Notes: generated from the sequence alone by a model not told the origin. Positions 1 through 9,128 are shown, numbered from the stretch's first letter. The stretch: 32,000 nt of DNA from Candidatus Saccharimonadota bacterium (GCF_029232205.1 NZ_CP107255.1:990001-1022000), one strand, 5' to 3'. Program-made: numbers and translations.

Positions 1-193
1 TGAGTTCCTTGATTCTGGATCCTCCTCGTCCGATTACGAGGCCTGGTCTCTGTGCGTAGATTACGATTTTTGCTGATGTCGGTGTTCTGACTAGGTCGGC
101 GTGGCTGTATCCTGCGCCTTCTAGTTCTTCTTCTAGGAACTCGTGTAGTCTTACTTTACGGGCTCCTTTCTGAATGAATTTTTTCTCTTGCAT
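1..193 (-). CDS. rps3: 30S ribosomal protein uS3, N-terminal part (cut by window edge)
   Basis: My reverse-complement translation from ATG at 193-191 gives MQEKKFIQKGARKVRLHEFLEEELEGAGYSHADLVRTPTSAKIVIYAQRPGLVIGRGGSRIKEL. The KH-domain GRGG motif is typical of uS3. GAGGTGGT Shine-Dalgarno lies 6 nt upstream. Position after rpl22 matches the conserved operon order. Confidence 0.9.
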   Translation of the reverse strand, partial: MQEKKFIQKGARKVRLHEFLEEELEGAGYSHADLVRTPTSAKIVIYAQRPGLVIGRGGSRIKEL

Positions 194-248
194 TCAAAGA
201 CCACCTCGGTCTTTTGCATGCTCAGAAAATCTTTGATTTTCGCTCATA

Positions 249-659
249 TTATCGCTCTCCTACGATTATTTTTACGTGTGCGGCTTTTGTTTCTCCAGGA
301 TGTCTTCCTGGTGTTCTCATTTCGCGGCCTTTGTTTGTGATGATGTTCTGGACTTCTAGTGCTCCTGGGTTGAGGCCTTCGTGTTCTGCGTTTGATGCTG
401 CAGATCTGAGGACTTCCAGGATTTCTTTTGAGGCTTTTTCCGGGTATCTTCCGGAGTCGCCGTGTCCGCTTCTGTGGCCGACGTCTGAGTTGAATTTTGT
501 GTATGGGACTGCTAGGTCTTTCTCGATTACTTTTTCGAGTTTTCTTTCTGCTTTTTCTACGGAGTCGCCTTTGATGAAGCGTCCGATTTCTGTGCAGTCT
601 TTCCATGATACGGGCATGTTTCGGCCCTGTGCCATTGCTTGGTGTGCGTCGAGTTCCAT
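249..659 (-). CDS. rpl22: 50S ribosomal protein uL22
   Basis: 136-aa ORF with archaeal L22 character (ARGRNMPVS-like start, KFNSDVGHR). It sits between rps19 and rps3 as in the archaeal S10-like operon. Confidence 0.93.
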   Translation of the reverse strand: MELDAHQAMAQGRNMPVSWKDCTEIGRFIKGDSVEKAERKLEKVIEKDLAVPYTKFNSDVGHRSGHGDSGRYPEKASKEILEVLRSAASNAEHEGLNPGALEVQNIITNKGREMRTPGRHPGETKAAHVKIIVGER

Positions 660-668
660 GCTAGATCA

Positions 669-1052
669 CTACTTGAGTGGGATGTGTTTGGACGAACGTG
701 TTGCACCAAGTCCTGGTGCGCTGTGTTCGACTTCTTTTCGGGTTCTTGCGAATTCTCCGAGGTAGTGGCCGAGCATTTCTGGCGCGATTTCTACTTCGAT
801 GAATCTTTGTCCGTTGTAGACTTCGATGGTTTTTCCGACCATCTGTGGTACTACGATCATTCCTCTTCTGTGGGTTTTGGCTCTGTCTTTTTCCTCGAGT
901 GTTTCGAGGATTTTTTCTTCCTCTTCTCTTAGGCCTCTTTGAATCTTTCTGCGGCCTCTTGAGTTGAGGAGGTCGGCGAACTCTTCTAGTTCCATGTCTT
1001 TGAGTTCGTCGAGTGTTTTTCCTCTGAATGTGAATTCGTCTTGTTCTGCCAT
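669..1052 (-). CDS. rps19: 30S ribosomal protein uS19
   Basis: 127-aa ORF with [25 protein letters not shown] and [12 protein letters not shown], the classic uS19 core. Operon position is between rpl2 and rpl22. Confidence 0.95.
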   Translation of the reverse strand: MAEQDEFTFRGKTLDELKDMELEEFADLLNSRGRRKIQRGLREEEEKILETLEEKDRAKTHRRGMIVVPQMVGKTIEVYNGQRFIEVEIAPEMLGHYLGEFARTRKEVEHSAPGLGATRSSKHIPLK

Positions 1053-1063
1053 GTTTGGTCACC

Positions 1064-1765
1064 TTACTGCTTCTTCTTTCCGCTGCGGCTTGCAGCGATG
1101 TTTCCAACTTTACGCCCTGGTGATGCGTGTCTGGAAACTGTCTTTGCCTTTCCTGGTTTTGCTGATCCACCGAATGGGTGGTCTACTGCGTTCATTGCTA
1201 CGCCGGATACCTTTGGATATGCTTTGCCTCTGGCTTTCATTGCCTTGGACTTGTTTCCGGCCTTTACGAATGGTTTCTCCTTTCTTCCGCCGCCTGCTAC
1301 TTTTCCTACTGTTGCACGGCATTGTGTATTCAGTTTCTTGAATTCTCCACTTGGAAGTTTTACTCTTACTCCGTCTTTTTCGTGTGTTACTACGAATGCG
1401 TATGTTCCTGAACTTCTGGCGATGTGGCCGCCGTCGTTTGGCTGTAGTTCTAGGTTGTGGATTGGTACTCCTTCTGGGAGTTCTCCTAGTGGTAGTGTGT
1501 TTCCTGGTTTTACTTCTGCGGATACTCCTAGTTCTATTTCGTCTCCTACTGCCAGGCCTTCTGGTGCTAGAATGTTTCTTTGTTCTCCGTCTTCGTATTC
1601 TACTACTGCGACTGGAGATGTTCTGCCTGGGTCGTGGATTAGGTCTACTACTGTTCCTTTTGTTTCTGCTCTTTTGGTTTCTACGTCTCCTTTGCTTTTG
1701 TGTGAGTTGGATTGGTAGTTTGGAGATCCTTTTCCTCTTCTTTGTTGTCTTAGTGGGCTTCCCAT
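1064..1765 (-). CDS. rpl2: 50S ribosomal protein uL2
   Basis: 233-aa ORF with IHDPGRTSPVA, GNTLPLGELPEGVPIHNLE and AMNAVDHPFGGS, which are conserved uL2 motifs. Confidence 0.97.
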   Translation of the reverse strand: MGSPLRQQRRGKGSPNYQSNSHKSKGDVETKRAETKGTVVDLIHDPGRTSPVAVVEYEDGEQRNILAPEGLAVGDEIELGVSAEVKPGNTLPLGELPEGVPIHNLELQPNDGGHIARSSGTYAFVVTHEKDGVRVKLPSGEFKKLNTQCRATVGKVAGGGRKEKPFVKAGNKSKAMKARGKAYPKVSGVAMNAVDHPFGGSAKPGKAKTVSRHASPGRKVGNIAASRSGKKKQ

Positions 1766-1766
1766 C

Positions 1767-2048
1767 TTACATCATACCTAGTTCGGTTGCGACGTCCATT
1801 GCGGAGTCGGTTTCTGAGAGTTTTACGTAGGCCTTTTTCTCGGCGTTTGGCGTGATGTTTGTGTTTACGTTTGTGACTGTAACATCGAACAGTGTTTCTA
1901 CTGCGTCTTCTACCTGGTTCTTGTTTGCATCGAGGTTGACCATTAGGACTAGTTTGTTTTCTTCGTCGATCATGTCCATTGCTTGTTCGGTCATGTGTGG
2001 GTTCTCGATGATTTTCCAGGCTTTGTCGTCTTCCATTTTGTGATTCAC
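1767..2048 (-). CDS. rpl23: 50S ribosomal protein uL23
   Basis: 93-aa ORF abutting rpl2 (stop 1767-1769, rpl2 start 1765). Size, position and the KAYVKL-type C-terminus fit uL23. Confidence 0.88.
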   Translation of the reverse strand: MNHKMEDDKAWKIIENPHMTEQAMDMIDEENKLVLMVNLDANKNQVEDAVETLFDVTVTNVNTNITPNAEKKAYVKLSETDSAMDVATELGMM

Positions 2049-2051
2049 CTT

Positions 2052-2810
2052 TTATTGGAAAAGTTCCTCTTCTTCAAGTTTTTCCAGTGCTTTTTCGCTC
2101 CATACTGTTAGCCGTCCTGGCTCTGCTCCTGGAGCTAGTTTTTCTGCGTTGAGCTGGTCTACTAGTGATACTTCTACGCCTGCTAGGTTGCTTCCTGCGT
2201 TTTTGATTCCTTCGTCTTCGGCGACTACTACTAGTGGACCTGATTTTCTGACGTATTTTCGGCCTCTGTTCTTTCCTTTTCCTGCTCTTACTTTCTTCTG
2301 TTTGACTCTTTCTAGTTCTTCTTCTAGGCCTAGGTCTTCGAGTTTTTCTTTGAGGTCCTGTGTCTTTTCGATTTCTTCAAGACCGTCTTCTACTAGAGGG
2401 ACTTCTCCGTCGTATGCGTGTTTCTCTGTGACAAGGCTTTGGTCTGCTGTTGCTGCGATTGCACTCCTGATTGCTTTTCTTCTTTCCTTGTCGTTGATTT
2501 CTTCTTCGAAGTCTTTCTCTGCTTTTGGAGGGTGAGCTCTGCGTCCGCCTCTTGTGTTCGGTGCTTCTGCTCCTTCTCCGTAGATCTGCATTCCTCTGCG
2601 GACTGTGATCTTACGTGGTACTCGGGACATTCCCTTTCCTTTCTGGCCTCTGTAAGCGTTCTGGCGTTTCTTCCAGTAGGTAACGTGCTTGTTACCTGCT
2701 TCTGGGTCTGCGCCGTAGGCCTGTCTTTTCTTGGATTTGATTGAGAGAGTTGCTCTCTTGACGAGGTCGTCTCTCACTCTTTCCGTAAACTGAATTGGTA
2801 GATCTGTCAT
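2052..2810 (-). CDS. rpl4: 50S ribosomal protein uL4
   Basis: 252-aa ORF with AHPPKAEKD, NDKERRKAIRSAIAATA, RAGKGKNRGRKY and APGAEPGRLTVWSE, all typical of archaeal L4. Confidence 0.92.
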   Translation of the reverse strand: MTDLPIQFTERVRDDLVKRATLSIKSKKRQAYGADPEAGNKHVTYWKKRQNAYRGQKGKGMSRVPRKITVRRGMQIYGEGAEAPNTRGGRRAHPPKAEKDFEEEINDKERRKAIRSAIAATADQSLVTEKHAYDGEVPLVEDGLEEIEKTQDLKEKLEDLGLEEELERVKQKKVRAGKGKNRGRKYVRKSGPLVVVAEDEGIKNAGSNLAGVEVSLVDQLNAEKLAPGAEPGRLTVWSEKALEKLEEEELFQ

Positions 2811-2823
2811 TGTTTTTCACCCT

Positions 2824-3795
2824 CTATTGGTCGATGTAAGTTATTTCTGGTGTTCCTGGTTTTCCGTCTTCTCTCATTGCTGTTCGCAGCCTGATCAGTC
2901 TTTCTGATGGGCCTGGTACTGAGCCTTTGATTATGATGTAGTTGGACTGGACTTCTCCGTATCCGTTGAAGCCTCCGTCTCTCTGTACGTCTTCCGGGTC
3001 TTCTCCGTGTGCGAGGATTCTCTTGTTTACTTCTGTTCTGTTGTTGAATCCTTGCTGGCCTGGCAGTGGTACTTTCCATGAAAGTGTGTCAGGGTGCCAT
3101 GGGCCTACGTTTCCGGCTTTTCTTCGTTTCTTCTGTGTTTTGTGGCCGAGTTTCTTGATTCCGTATCTTTGTACTGGGCCTTCCATTCCTTTTCCTTTGG
3201 TTACTGCTACTACGTCTGAGTATTCTCCTTCTTCGAATACCTGGTCGAATTCGATCTGTTTTCCGATCATTTCTTCTGCGTATTCAAGCTGATCTTCTAC
3301 GTCGCCTCCGATTCCTACTTCGAAGTTCTCTGCTGTCTTCTTGCTGAGTCCGGCCTGTCCTGGCTGTGTGTGGACTAGCAGTCTGACGTCGGTTATTTTG
3401 TCGGAGTTTTCTTTTGCTTTCTCCAGGTTTTCCATGTTTCCTTCTTTTGGTACGTCTACTGCTCTCTGCAGTTCTGGTGCTGGAGATTCTGTCCAGGCCT
3501 CTGTAAATACGTTTTTGCCTGTGTTGACATCTTGTGTGTAGAAGCGGGCTCCATATACTCTGAGCGGTGGTGCTTCTAGTATTGTTACTGCTTCTGCTAC
3601 TTCCTGTCCCTGTGTTGCTCCTTCTGTGTCGTCGATCATCATGACTCTGGACATTCCTACTTTGTAGCCTGCGAAGCCTAGTGGTTTTAGTTCGTCTGTT
3701 TCTTCCCAGTTGTCTATGTCTGGGTATATTCTTTCTGCTCGGACCTTTGGCTTGAATCCCAGGGATCCGCTTCTTGATCTATTTTTCTTTGGCAT
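2824..3795 (-). CDS. rpl3: 50S ribosomal protein uL3
   Basis: 323-aa ORF with GSLGFKPKVRA, FAGYKVGMS and TKGKGMEGPVQRYG, the archaeal L3 signature. First gene of the operon. Confidence 0.95.
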   Translation of the reverse strand: MPKKNRSRSGSLGFKPKVRAERIYPDIDNWEETDELKPLGFAGYKVGMSRVMMIDDTEGATQGQEVAEAVTILEAPPLRVYGARFYTQDVNTGKNVFTEAWTESPAPELQRAVDVPKEGNMENLEKAKENSDKITDVRLLVHTQPGQAGLSKKTAENFEVGIGGDVEDQLEYAEEMIGKQIEFDQVFEEGEYSDVVAVTKGKGMEGPVQRYGIKKLGHKTQKKRRKAGNVGPWHPDTLSWKVPLPGQQGFNNRTEVNKRILAHGEDPEDVQRDGGFNGYGEVQSNYIIIKGSVPGPSERLIRLRTAMREDGKPGTPEITYIDQ

Positions 3796-3996
3796 TGTTT
3801 GGTTTCAACTCCAATAGGCCTCTCATGTTACTAGAGGCATTGGTTAAACTGTACCTAGCTATGGCTAGGTGGTAAATTATTTGTCACCAGAGGCCTCCCC
3901 TACAAGTGAAGGCTTGTCCTCTCAAAGAAAATCTCCGAGAGGTATAACTGAAAACAGAAGACAAATTTTATAAATGGGTTGACTTGTCGAGGCCTT
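3796..3996 (-). promoter_or_regulatory. Long structured leader and promoter region upstream of rpl3
   Basis: 201-nt non-coding gap. Palindromic TATA-like TTTTATAAAT at 3966-3975. Perfect 6-bp hairpins at 3818-3838 (GCCTCT/AGAGGC), 3854-3869 (CCTAGC/GCTAGG) and 3918-3942 (CCTCTC/GAGAGG). Three AGGCCT copies at 3816, 3891 and 3990. Confidence 0.45.
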
Positions 3997-4350
3997 TTAT
4001 TCGAAGTAGTTGCGTACTTTTTCCCGGAATTCATCGCTCATGTCGTCGATTTGAAGGAGTATTTCGTTTCTGCCGTATTTTTCTTTGAGTTCTTCCAGTG
4101 CCTCCTCGAGTTCTGCGTTTAGTTCTTCGCCCTCTCTTAGAAGGTCGGAGTAGTATCTGAGAATGTACATGTCGAGCACTGTTTTGACATGCTCCTGGAA
4201 TTCGTCGTCGAGGTGGTCGGCCATTTCAAGGATTTCTCCCCTGGAATAGTCCTCGAAGAGATCATCTATTTCATCCTCTATCTCTTCCTCTATCTCTGAT
4301 ACGTCTTTGTCCGTTTCCTCAAACTGTCTTTCTAGATCTTCAAAGGCCAT
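3997..4350 (-). CDS. Hypothetical highly acidic protein (117 aa)
   Basis: Clean ORF immediately downstream of rtcB on the same strand. Composition is Asp/Glu-rich helical. I recognise no family. Confidence 0.55.
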   Translation of the reverse strand: MAFEDLERQFEETDKDVSEIEEEIEDEIDDLFEDYSRGEILEMADHLDDEFQEHVKTVLDMYILRYYSDLLREGEELNAELEEALEELKEKYGRNEILLQIDDMSDEFREKVRNYFE

Positions 4351-4375
4351 ACTAGGTGATTGTTCTGTGATTTAT

Positions 4376-5794
4376 TTATCCTTTGATGTTGACTACAGGC
4401 CTCATTTTGGCTACCTTGTTGCCGATTCCGAGGGCGTCGCTGACCTTGATTACTTCGTCGATGTCCTTGTAGACTCCTGGGGCCTCCTCTGCGATTGTTG
4501 AACCCGAGGCTGCTTTGACAAATATCTGGTCTCTTTTGAGTTCTTTCTGTACGTCTTCTCCCCAGTAATCCTGCTTGGCCTGTGTTCGTGACATCAGCCT
4601 TCCTGCTCCGTGTGCTGTTGAGCCAAAGCTTATTTCCAGTGATTCCTGTCCTCCGGAAAGAATGTAGCTTGCTGTTCCCATGCTCCCCGGGATTAGTACG
4701 GGTTGGCCTACGTCTCTGTAAACTTCTGGGACTTCAGGCCTTCCTGCTGGCATTGCTCTTGTTGCTCCTTTTCTGTGGACGAGTAGTTCTTTGTCCTCGC
4801 CGTCTACGTTGTGTGTTTCTTCTTTGGCGATGTTGTGGCATACGTCATAGAGAAGTTCTGTCTCCACTTCTTCGTAGATGGTACTGAGGCATTCTCTGAC
4901 TCCCTGTGTGATGGCCTGACGGTTGGCCCATGCGTAGTTTGCTGCTGCGTACATGGCCTCTTTGTAGTCCTGTGCGAGTTCGTCCTGCATCGGCGCGTAG
5001 ATCAGTTCCTTGTCCGGTATTTCTTCCACGATTTCAGGATAGTTTTTCTCGAACTTTCTAAGATAATTAGTACAGGTCTGGTGGCCGAGGCCTCTGCTTC
5101 CGGAGTGGATCATGACTACCACCTGGTCTTCTTCCAGTCCATATGCCTCTGCCTTCTGGTCGTTGTAGATTTCTCCTACTCTCTGGATTTCGAGAAAATG
5201 GTTTCCTGACCCCAGGGAGCCTACCTGGTTGAGGCCTCTTTTTTTGGCGTCTTCAGGTATTTTTTCGGGGTTGCCTGGTAGTCGGCCTTCTTCTTCGCAT
5301 CTTTTGATGTCGCTTTCCTTGGCGTGGCCGTTTTCCAGCATCCATTCCGCTCCTTTTTCAAGTATTTCTTCCAGATCTTCTTCATCGGTGTTGATGTATC
5401 CTCCTTTTCCAAGGCCGCAAGGTATTTTGTTGTATAGAATGTTTGCAAGCTGCTGCTCTTGCCCTCTAATATCTTCGTACTTAAGATCTGTCTTGAGTAC
5501 TCTGATGCCGCAGTTGATGTCGTAGCCGATTCCTCCTGGGCTTATTACGCCGTTTTCTTTGTTTACTGCTGCCACGCCTCCGATTGGGAATCCGTATCCC
5601 TGGTGGCCGTCTGGCATGACGATTGAGTATTTTTCGAGGCCTGGTAGTGTTGCTACGTTTTTGATCTGTTTGAGTGTGTCGTCCTGTCTGATTTCTTTAA
5701 GAAGATCTTCATTGGCGTAGACTCTGGCCGGTTTTTTCATCTGGCCTTCCTGTGGTATTTCGTAGATGTTTTCGGATATTTTGTTGAGTTCCAT
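4376..5794 (-). CDS. rtcB: RNA-splicing ligase RtcB
   Basis: Contains MPDGHQGYGFPIGG, GYDINCG, GSGNHF, HSGSRGLGHQ and STAHGAGR, the canonical RtcB metal and GMP-His motifs. I chose the start at ATG 5794 (MELNKISENIYEIP). The tracked start at 5857 would overlap the archease gene. Confidence 0.95.
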   Translation of the reverse strand: MELNKISENIYEIPQEGQMKKPARVYANEDLLKEIRQDDTLKQIKNVATLPGLEKYSIVMPDGHQGYGFPIGGVAAVNKENGVISPGGIGYDINCGIRVLKTDLKYEDIRGQEQQLANILYNKIPCGLGKGGYINTDEEDLEEILEKGAEWMLENGHAKESDIKRCEEEGRLPGNPEKIPEDAKKRGLNQVGSLGSGNHFLEIQRVGEIYNDQKAEAYGLEEDQVVVMIHSGSRGLGHQTCTNYLRKFEKNYPEIVEEIPDKELIYAPMQDELAQDYKEAMYAAANYAWANRQAITQGVRECLSTIYEEVETELLYDVCHNIAKEETHNVDGEDKELLVHRKGATRAMPAGRPEVPEVYRDVGQPVLIPGSMGTASYILSGGQESLEISFGSTAHGAGRLMSRTQAKQDYWGEDVQKELKRDQIFVKAASGSTIAEEAPGVYKDIDEVIKVSDALGIGNKVAKMRPVVNIKG

Positions 5795-5826
5795 ATGTAG
5801 AAAGTTTCTGTAAACTCTTTTTACAG

Positions 5827-6237
5827 TTATATGTCGAGGACTACCTGAAGTCTCCATTTTCCTTCTTCGAATGTGACTTCCATTTCGCTGTATGTGGGGC
5901 CTTTGACGTCCATTACGCTCATTGAGTTTTCTATGTTGTCGGCCCAGATCTTTGCTGTCAGTCTGTATCCGTCTTCAAGATCTTCTATTTCGAGGTCTTC
6001 TGCGTATGAGATTACGACGTTGTCGACGTCCTGTAGGAAGATGAGTTTATCCATGAAGTCGAATAGTAGTGCTTCCTGACTTTCAGATTCTACCTCTATA
6101 CTGTAGTATGTCTGGCCGTTGAAGCCTCCGACTATTTCAGAGAAAGCCTTTACTGCTTCTGAGAATGCTTCTTCCAGCGAGTCTCCTGAGGCCTGGAATT
6201 TTTCATCGGCAGTGTGTTCAAGTATTTCGTAGCTCAT
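5827..6237 (-). CDS. Archease (RtcB activator)
   Basis: 136-aa ORF starting MSYEILEHTADEKF. The EHTAD motif and size are typical of archease. It lies immediately upstream of rtcB, a well-known pairing. Confidence 0.88.
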   Translation of the reverse strand: MSYEILEHTADEKFQASGDSLEEAFSEAVKAFSEIVGGFNGQTYYSIEVESESQEALLFDFMDKLIFLQDVDNVVISYAEDLEIEDLEDGYRLTAKIWADNIENSMSVMDVKGPTYSEMEVTFEEGKWRLQVVLDI

Positions 6238-6276
6238 AACCAGTATTTCCTGTGATATTATAGGTTTCTTTCGGGT

Positions 6277-6846
6277 TTAAAGTCGCTGTTCGAGGTAGGC
6301 CTCAATTACCTTTCTCTGTTCCTCTATTCCGAGTTCTGTGTTGTCGAGTACCAGGTCGTAGATTTCCTTGTCTTCTACGTCTATGTCATAGTATCGGATG
6401 TATCTGTCTCTATTGTCGCTATCTCTTTTCTGTATTCTTTCGAGTGCTTCTTCCTGTGAGATTTCTTCTCTTTCTGCAACTCTCGATGCTCTTTCTTCGA
6501 GGCCTGCTGTAATGTATATTTTTACGTCTGCGTAGCTGCCCAGCACCCATGAGGATAGTCTTGATTCTACTACGCAGTCTTTCTGTAGGGCTTTGTTGAG
6601 TGTTCTGCGGTCTACTTCGAGGTCTGTTTCCTTGTCTGCTTTTTCTGATAGTTCTACTACTGTCATGTCGCGGTCTGCGGCTATGCTTCTGAAGAAGTCT
6701 CCTGCGGAGTAGTGTACGATATCCAGTTTTTCTGCTACCTGTGCGGCGAGTGTTCCTTTTCCTGCGCCCGATGGGCCGTTGATGCAGATAATTAGGTCAG
6801 AATTTTTGTCGCGGTCACCTTCGAATTCGCGAATGAAGCTCTCCAT
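6277..6846 (-). CDS. cmk: Cytidylate (CMP) kinase, archaeal type
   Basis: P-loop INGPSGAGKGT near the N-terminus. The 189-aa size and YSAGDFFR match archaeal Cmk. Confidence 0.8.
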   Translation of the reverse strand: MESFIREFEGDRDKNSDLIICINGPSGAGKGTLAAQVAEKLDIVHYSAGDFFRSIAADRDMTVVELSEKADKETDLEVDRRTLNKALQKDCVVESRLSSWVLGSYADVKIYITAGLEERASRVAEREEISQEEALERIQKRDSDNRDRYIRYYDIDVEDKEIYDLVLDNTELGIEEQRKVIEAYLEQRL

Positions 6847-6912
6847 AATTCAGTATTGAAGGTAGGAATTAAAACTGTGAAGCAAGTTTGAGATGAGAAA
6901 GATAAGTGGGGT

Positions 6913-6987
6913 CGCGGAGCGCGGGATTTGAACCCGCGTCTTCACCGTGACAGGGTGAAATGATGGGCCAGACTACACCAGCTCCGC
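6913..6987 (-). tRNA. tRNA-Asp (anticodon GUC)
   Basis: The minus strand reads GCGGAGCTGGTGTAGTCTGGCCCATCATTTCACCCTGTCACGGTGAAGACGCGGGTTCAAATCCCGCGCTCCGCG. Acceptor stem is GCGGAGC/GCTCCGC, anticodon loop is CTGTCAC and T arm is GCGGG-TTCAAAT-CCCGC. CCA is not encoded. Confidence 0.9.
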
Positions 6988-7010
6988 TTGTGAAAAATGT
7001 GTTGGCAGGG

Positions 7011-7023
7011 AATTTTTTTAAAC
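7011..7023 (-). promoter_or_regulatory. TATA-like box for tRNA-Asp
   Basis: The minus strand reads GTTTAAAAAAATT, centred about 30 nt upstream of the tRNA 5' end at 6987. Confidence 0.4.
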
Positions 7024-7499
7024 TAAAAGGTCCTCTGGATTAGGTCGTTGAATGTTGTGAAGTTTCTGTTTAAAGAGTCTTTCTCGAATCCGTAGCAGTA
7101 TTCCGGTACCTGGTCCATGTCTTCAAGGACTTCAACTGTTTCTCCGGTCACGTCAGCGGTTTTGTCGACGAAATACGTGAAATCTACTGTTTCTTCTGCC
7201 TGGGCCGCTACCGAGATATCGGTGTTTGCACAGCAGTTGGAGTACTGGGCGCCTGCTCTGTAGATCTGGTCGAATTCAAGCATTTCTTGGGCCTGTTCTT
7301 CTGTTATCAGGCCGTCTCCTCTTATATCGTCTAGTACTCGGTCATAGGCCTGTTCTGCGTACAGTTGTGTTTCGCTGTCGCTTGTTACTGCGTATGTATG
7401 GCCTGGAAATTCTGAGATGTCGTCAATTTTTGGTTCCAGAACTCCGGAGTCATATTTTCCGTCTGCTCTGGGATGTGTTACTAGAAGTAGCCGTTCCAC
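7023..7499 (-). CDS. Hypothetical acidic protein (158 aa, GTG start)
   Basis: Long ORF with composition consistent with the neighbouring genes. I recognise no family. Confidence 0.55.
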   Translation of the reverse strand: MERLLLVTHPRADGKYDSGVLEPKIDDISEFPGHTYAVTSDSETQLYAEQAYDRVLDDIRGDGLITEEQAQEMLEFDQIYRAGAQYSNCCANTDISVAAQAEETVDFTYFVDKTADVTGETVEVLEDMDQVPEYCYGFEKDSLNRNFTTFNDLIQRTF

Positions 7500-7560
7500 A
7501 CAAAGGTTGTTATGGAGAACATATTTCAGCTTGTAGTTTTATGGCCCTCTTGGAAGCAGG

Positions 7561-7566
7561 TTTAAA
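7561..7566 (+). promoter_or_regulatory. TTTAAA TATA box for a leaderless oxidoreductase transcript
   Basis: TTTAAA is followed by 23 nt and then ATG at 7590. The NAC gene has nearly the same spacing (22 nt). Confidence 0.45.
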
Positions 7567-7589
7567 GTTTGGAGCGTGTAAGGTTCTGT

Positions 7590-8780
7590 ATGAAAGAGTC
7601 GAAATTTTTGATTATTGGAGATGGTAATGCGGGAGCTACTGCTGCTGAAAATATTCGTAAAGAGGATGAGGAGGCCTCGATTACTGTTTTGACTGATGAG
7701 GATGAGGCTCTGTATAACAGGATTATGTTGAAGAATTTCATGAAGGGTACTTTGCCGAAGCAGTATGCTCAGGTGCATGATGAGGGCTGGTACGAGAAAC
7801 GGGATATTGATCTTCATCTTGAGACCAGAGTCTCCAGTGTTGATACCGATGAGAAGGTTGTTGAGGCCGGCGACGAGGAGTTTTCTTATGAGAAGCTTCT
7901 GGTTGCTACCGGCGGTTCTCCGAGAGAGTTTCCTGCTGACGATGATTTCGACAACGTGCATTACATGTGGACGATGCATGATGCTGAGAACATCAAGAAT
8001 GCGGCTGAGGATTCTGAGGAGGCCGTTGTTATCGGTGGAGGTCTTCTAGGGATCGATCTTGCTATTGCTTTTGCGGAGAACGGTGCCGATACACACTATA
8101 TTATTAGAGAGGATAACTGGTGGCATCGAGGCCTTGATCCGGAGGGTGCTGAGATCATTCACAGCCGGCTTGAGGATCTTGGTGTAAATATTGTAACTAA
8201 TACAGAGATAGTTGATTTTGAGAGCGAGAATAGCGAAGTTGTTGCTGCAGAGGCCTCTGATGGAGAGGTTTTCGAATGTGATAACGTGGCTGTTGCGATC
8301 GGTCAGACTCCGAACTCTGAGTTTATCGATGTTGAGAAGACCGATGGAGGCCTTATCAAGACTGATGAGTATTTGAGGACTTCTGAGGACGATGTTTTCG
8401 CGGCTGGTAACATGGTTGAGTATTATTCGCCTATTTTTGAGAAGAGGACTGTGAAAGGTTCCTGGGATCACTCCGAGGCCATGGGGGAATCAGCTGCGGA
8501 AAATATGATGAGTTCAGAAGAAGTATTTGACTATGTGAATACGTATGGCGTAGGCCACTTTGATGTTCAGTTCCTTGCTATCGGCGACTGGGGTGGAGAA
8601 GGTGTTTCCCGCAGGTACTCCGATGATGAGTATCGTCGACTGATTTTTGATGGTAATCAGCTTGTTGGAGCAGTTATGATTGGTTATACTAAGGGCCAGG
8701 AGAAGTTGAAGGACTTGATCTACGATCAGGAAGAGTTTGAGGATAAGGAGAAGTTGCTGGATAAGGATTTCTGGGAGTAA
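7590..8780 (+). CDS. FAD-dependent pyridine nucleotide-disulfide oxidoreductase (ferredoxin/rubredoxin-reductase-like)
   Basis: Two Rossmann dinucleotide motifs, IIGDGNAGATAA and VIGGGLLGIDLA, plus AAGNM near the C-terminal part. I chose the start at ATG 7590 because the tracked TTG 7569 lies inside the TATA region. Confidence 0.85.
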   Translation: MKESKFLIIGDGNAGATAAENIRKEDEEASITVLTDEDEALYNRIMLKNFMKGTLPKQYAQVHDEGWYEKRDIDLHLETRVSSVDTDEKVVEAGDEEFSYEKLLVATGGSPREFPADDDFDNVHYMWTMHDAENIKNAAEDSEEAVVIGGGLLGIDLAIAFAENGADTHYIIREDNWWHRGLDPEGAEIIHSRLEDLGVNIVTNTEIVDFESENSEVVAAEASDGEVFECDNVAVAIGQTPNSEFIDVEKTDGGLIKTDEYLRTSEDDVFAAGNMVEYYSPIFEKRTVKGSWDHSEAMGESAAENMMSSEEVFDYVNTYGVGHFDVQFLAIGDWGGEGVSRRYSDDEYRRLIFDGNQLVGAVMIGYTKGQEKLKDLIYDQEEFEDKEKLLDKDFWE

Positions 8781-8783
8781 GGC

Positions 8784-9077
8784 CTATACAGCCAGATCTC
8801 TGAAGTCTATGTCGTAGGTATCCTGTATGTATTCCAGTACTTCGTCGTTGTCTTCGAGTATCTTGTCTGCTTCCAGGCCGTGAAAGGTTCCTCCATCAAG
8901 GTATAGAAATACGTTGAAGTCTTCTGTCTGCACGAAAACATCTCCTTTATCGTATGTTCCGAAGTCTCTAGCTACTCTGTGTAGAAATTCTTCTTCGTCA
9001 ACCATGTTTCTCAGATCGTCGTAGATTGTATCGAGGTCTTTGTATGGTTCAGCGTCAAAGGAGATTGATTGCGGCAT
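8784..9077 (-). CDS. Hypothetical small acidic protein (97 aa)
   Basis: ORF only, co-directional with the upstream cluster. No recognisable motif. Confidence 0.5.
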   Translation of the reverse strand: MPQSISFDAEPYKDLDTIYDDLRNMVDEEEFLHRVARDFGTYDKGDVFVQTEDFNVFLYLDGGTFHGLEADKILEDNDEVLEYIQDTYDIDFRDLAV

Positions 9078-9128
9078 GTATCTTTATTGTAGTGAGATGA
9101 ATAAATCGAATGTTGCTGTTGGTTACAG

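Noticed and set aside
214-3541. Many tracked ORFs overlapping the ribosomal-protein genes in other frames or on the plus strand, for example 214..765, 244..606, 661..1170, 964..1341, 1041..1718, 1351..1830, 2149..2535, 2807..3079 and 2942..3292.
   Set aside because: Their translations are low-complexity Arg/Ser/Leu/Phe-rich strings. These are the expected shadows of purine-rich acidic genes. Each one is fully covered by a strongly conserved r-protein frame.
4376-5794. Intein or other insertion in RtcB.
   Set aside because: The length (472 aa) and the contiguous motif order match an uninterrupted RtcB.
5795-5857. Longer RtcB start at 5857 (METSGSPRHITVKRVYRNFLH...).
   Set aside because: The extension overlaps the archease coding region and is not RtcB-like. 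ATG 5794 gives the family-typical N-terminus.
7539-8471. Tracked antisense ORFs 7539..7979 and 8046..8471, opposite the FAD oxidoreductase.
   Set aside because: They are Ile/Leu/Asn/Ser-rich antisense shadows with no motifs. The sense frame has two clear Rossmann signatures.
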